Source: Candidatus Kapaibacterium sp. (GTDB lineage Bacteria; Bacteroidota; Ignavibacteria; Kapaibacteriales; Kapaibacteriaceae). From it: a stretch of 64,000 bases of DNA. Both the position numbers and the translations under genes were made by a program. Positions 61,671 to 64,000 of the stretch are shown in pieces. Every line of letters begins with the position of its first letter. The first letter of the stretch is position 1. Below the pieces are notes generated by a model. That model saw only the letters and a program-made list of their open reading frames with translations. It did not search any database and had not been told where the DNA came from. The stretch is taken from positions 5,175 to 69,174 of the forward strand of contig VFFB01000004.1 in assembly GCA_018882585.1 (NCBI GenBank). Direction: 5' to 3'.

Positions 61671-62571
61671 GTTCTGTGCGGCCATCGCCAATGTGATGTC
61701 GGAATCGACGACGACGTTCTTTCTGACCGGCGATCTCGGTTTCAACGCGCTTGAGGGTATTCAGCAATTGGCCGGTAGTCGGTTCATTAATGCCGGCGTT
61801 GCCGAGCAAAGCATGATCGGCATCGCTGCGGGCATTGCCAGTTGCGGGAATGACGCCTTCGTGTACAGCATCGCCCCCTTCGCAACATTTCGGTGTATCG
61901 AACAGATCAGAATTGACGTGTGCATCCATGATCTGCCCGTATACATCGTCGGGAACGGTGGTGGTTATGGCTATGGCATCATGGGGGCAACCCACCACGC
62001 CATCGAGGACATCGGCTGCATGAGCACGCTGTACAACATGACATGCTGGATTCCGGCCTTTGCCGACGACGTACGCTATTGCATCGACAGCATGCGTGCC
62101 GAACGGAAGCCGGCCTACTTGCGGCTTGGAATGGGACGGCCGCGGCCCGCTGCCTCGGTGTGCGGACCAGCATCGCCCGTGACACTAGCAAGTGATCCAA
62201 AGGTCACCGTTGTTACGCTTGGCCCCATCATTGCCAACGTACTTGATGCACTTGAGCGTGTCGGAAGTGATGTACCGGCTGATGTTTTCTCTGTGATACG
62301 GATCCCGTTGGACGAAGCTGATATTGCCCGGATTGCAGCATCTGTTGAAGCCAGTGGACGACTGATCGTTGTTGAGGAGCACGTTGCTCGCGGCGGTTTG
62401 TCTGAATACCTCATTGCTCGACTCCACGACATGGGCCTTGACGGATTCCGCTGCAGTCGACTGTGTGCGGCAGGCTATCCTAACAAGCTTTACGGAAGTC
62501 AGCGATACCATCAGGCCCAATCGGGGCTGGATGCCGATAGAATCGCAGCGGCGTTACGGAGGACGCAATGA
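61660..62571 (+). CDS. Transketolase, C-terminal (pyrimidine-binding) subunit
   Basis: 303 aa. It overlaps the N-subunit gene by 11 nt. Matches are FLTGDLGF and RFINAGVAEQSMIGIAAGIA. Confidence 0.85.
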   Translation: MRNEFCAAIANVMSESTTTFFLTGDLGFNALEGIQQLAGSRFINAGVAEQSMIGIAAGIASCGNDAFVYSIAPFATFRCIEQIRIDVCIHDLPVYIVGNGGGYGYGIMGATHHAIEDIGCMSTLYNMTCWIPAFADDVRYCIDSMRAERKPAYLRLGMGRPRPAASVCGPASPVTLASDPKVTVVTLGPIIANVLDALERVGSDVPADVFSVIRIPLDEADIARIAASVEASGRLIVVEEHVARGGLSEYLIARLHDMGLDGFRCSRLCAAGYPNKLYGSQRYHQAQSGLDADRIAAALRRTQ

Positions 62572-64000
62572 TGACGAACGAGCATGCCGGTGATATCCGC
62601 GCACTGAAGGGGCCGATCCTTGTTGTTGGGGCAAGCGGCTTTATCGGCAGCAATCTGTTTGACGCGCTTCGGTCGCAGCGTTCTGACGTCTTTGCCGTGT
62701 CGCACAATCCGCGCTCAGCCTGGAGGTTGCGGTTGATGGGCGTAGATCCTTCAGACATCCTCTATTGCGACATTACCTACCCTAATTCGGTTACCTCACT
62801 TCTTGCATCCGCAAAGCCGGGCACGATCTTCGATTTGTCGGCCTATGGTGCCTATGCAAGGCAGCATGATGTATCGTTGATCTATTCCACAAACGTCTTG
62901 GGATGCGTCAACATTCTTGAACAGTGCGGAACCGACACGGTCTATGTGCATGGTGGCAGTAGTTCGGAGTACGGTACCAACTGTGCTTCACCTTCCGAAA
63001 CATCTGTGCTTGCGCCCAACAGTCACTACTCGGTATCGAAGGTAGCTGCCGCGTACACGATCGACTACTACGGCAAGGTCCGGAATGTGCCGTGTGTCAA
63101 TCTGCGATTCTTCTCGATCTACGGTCCATGGGAGGAGCCAGACCGGTTGGTGCCGCGTTTGATCGAACATGGTCGTGCAAACTCCTTGCCGCCACTGGTG
63201 AATCCCGCCGTCTCACGTGACTTCGTCTACATCGGCGACTGCGTTGACGCACTTGTTCGTGCGGCGAACCTGGCAGGCGAGGAAGGCGTGCGTGGGAACT
63301 CCATCAACATCGGAACCGGGGTGAAAACGACGATTGCAGACATCGTCGACTTGGTACGTACTGAGCTGGGAGTGACGTCCGCGCCCCAATGGGGAAGCAT
63401 GCAGAACCGACACTGGGACGAAGACAACTGGTACGGCAACTATGACTTGGCGGAGCGTGTCCTTGGCTGGAAGCCCCAGACGAAACTTCTCGATGGGGTA
63501 AAAAAGACCACAGCGTGGCAGAACGAAGTGCGTTACGAGAATGTCGTGCTGCCAGCCTTTACCGCACCATCGCGTGTGGTGACCATCTCGCCTGTGATCG
63601 CCTGTTACATGGATGCAAAGGCCATTCCGTTAATGTATGAGCGGCTGGTTGCCACCTTTGCCAGGATCGGATGCGGCTATCAGATCATCTTTGTGAACGA
63701 CGGATCGCCGGACGACACGCAGCAAGTGCTGGAGTCCATTTGTGCGAAGGATGCGAACGTGATGGCGGTGACGCACTCCCGGAACTTCGGTTCGCAGGCT
63801 GCCTTTGCCAGTGGCATGGAGCTGGCAACGGGCGATGCCGTGGTGCTGCTTGACGGCGATCTGCAGGACCCGCCCGAGGTGATCCCGGAGTTTTTTGAGC
63901 GATGGATGCAAGGCTATGACGTTGTGTATGGACGCCGGGTGCAGCGTGAAACGACGCCCTTCATGTCGGTTGCTTACCGTCTGTTCTATCGTGTGTTCGC
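62568..64000 (+). CDS. Fusion protein: NAD-dependent sugar epimerase/dehydratase (extended SDR) + family-2 glycosyltransferase (DPM1/ArnC-like); 3' end beyond the window
   Basis: This ORF is absent from the ORF track because it has no stop in the window; I translated it by hand from ATG 62568, which lies 5 nt after GGAGG. The SDR part has ILVVGASGFIGSNL (GxxGxxG), SHYSVSKVAAAY (YxxxK), RFFSIYGPWEEPDRLVP and SRDFVYIGDCVDAL. It continues without a stop into ISPVIACYMDAKAIP...IIFVNDGSPDDT...VTHSRNFGSQAA...VLLDGDLQDPPE, which are GT2 motifs. Confidence 0.8.
   Translation, partial: MMTNEHAGDIRALKGPILVVGASGFIGSNLFDALRSQRSDVFAVSHNPRSAWRLRLMGVDPSDILYCDITYPNSVTSLLASAKPGTIFDLSAYGAYARQHDVSLIYSTNVLGCVNILEQCGTDTVYVHGGSSSEYGTNCASPSETSVLAPNSHYSVSKVAAAYTIDYYGKVRNVPCVNLRFFSIYGPWEEPDRLVPRLIEHGRANSLPPLVNPAVSRDFVYIGDCVDALVRAANLAGEEGVRGNSINIGTGVKTTIADIVDLVRTELGVTSAPQWGSMQNRHWDEDNWYGNYDLAERVLGWKPQTKLLDGVKKTTAWQNEVRYENVVLPAFTAPSRVVTISPVIACYMDAKAIPLMYERLVATFARIGCGYQIIFVNDGSPDDTQQVLESICAKDANVMAVTHSRNFGSQAAFASGMELATGDAVVLLDGDLQDPPEVIPEFFERWMQGYDVVYGRRVQRETTPFMSVAYRLFYRVF

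Overview
GC-rich, gene-dense chromosomal segment with about 50 protein genes. I recognised no rRNA, tRNA, CRISPR array, transposase, integrase or prophage genes. Several signals point to a high-GC member of the Fibrobacteres-Chlorobi-Bacteroidetes (FCB) superphylum, perhaps Ignavibacteria-, Kapabacteria- or Rhodothermus-like; that placement is inference only. These signals are three clear type IX secretion (T9SS) C-terminal sorting domains, a PorV/PorQ-family barrel, a GWxTD protein, DUF2911 and DUF3098 proteins, and Bacteroidetes-type TAnnTTTG promoter boxes. Layout, left to right: a giant T9SS beta-helix surface protein; lnt plus an M16 peptidase pair; a BNR/T9SS protein; a TonB receptor / 1,427-aa orphan / PorV-like / GWxTD module; a long same-strand, largely translationally coupled gene string (LPS acyltransferase, GT9, RluB with a tandem-repeat tail, BatA/vWA, J-domain, M61 peptidase, TPR lipoprotein); clpS; a second string (CADD, Ntn-amidotransferase, orphan NuoL-like, SRAP, two thioredoxin-fold proteins, a 607-aa Arg-rich disordered protein, a putative OM barrel); a minus-strand run (two Crp/Fnr, LuxR, DUF3098, DUF1232, lysA); a GT-C glycosyltransferase and an APC permease; a DUF2911 / PIG-L deacetylase / Na+-solute symporter operon; an isolated DUF4143 ATPase; an MbnP-like / two di-haem peroxidase cluster; and a split transketolase followed by an SDR-GT2 fusion gene that runs off the window. 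The candidates most worth follow-up are the PorV-linked four-gene outer-membrane module, the disordered RsmI-fragment/H1-like/RGG protein, the T9SS-tagged MbnP-MbnH cluster, the CADD-amidotransferase-NuoL string, and the transketolase + SDR-GT2 glycan module. All family assignments come from motif recognition by eye; no database search was run.
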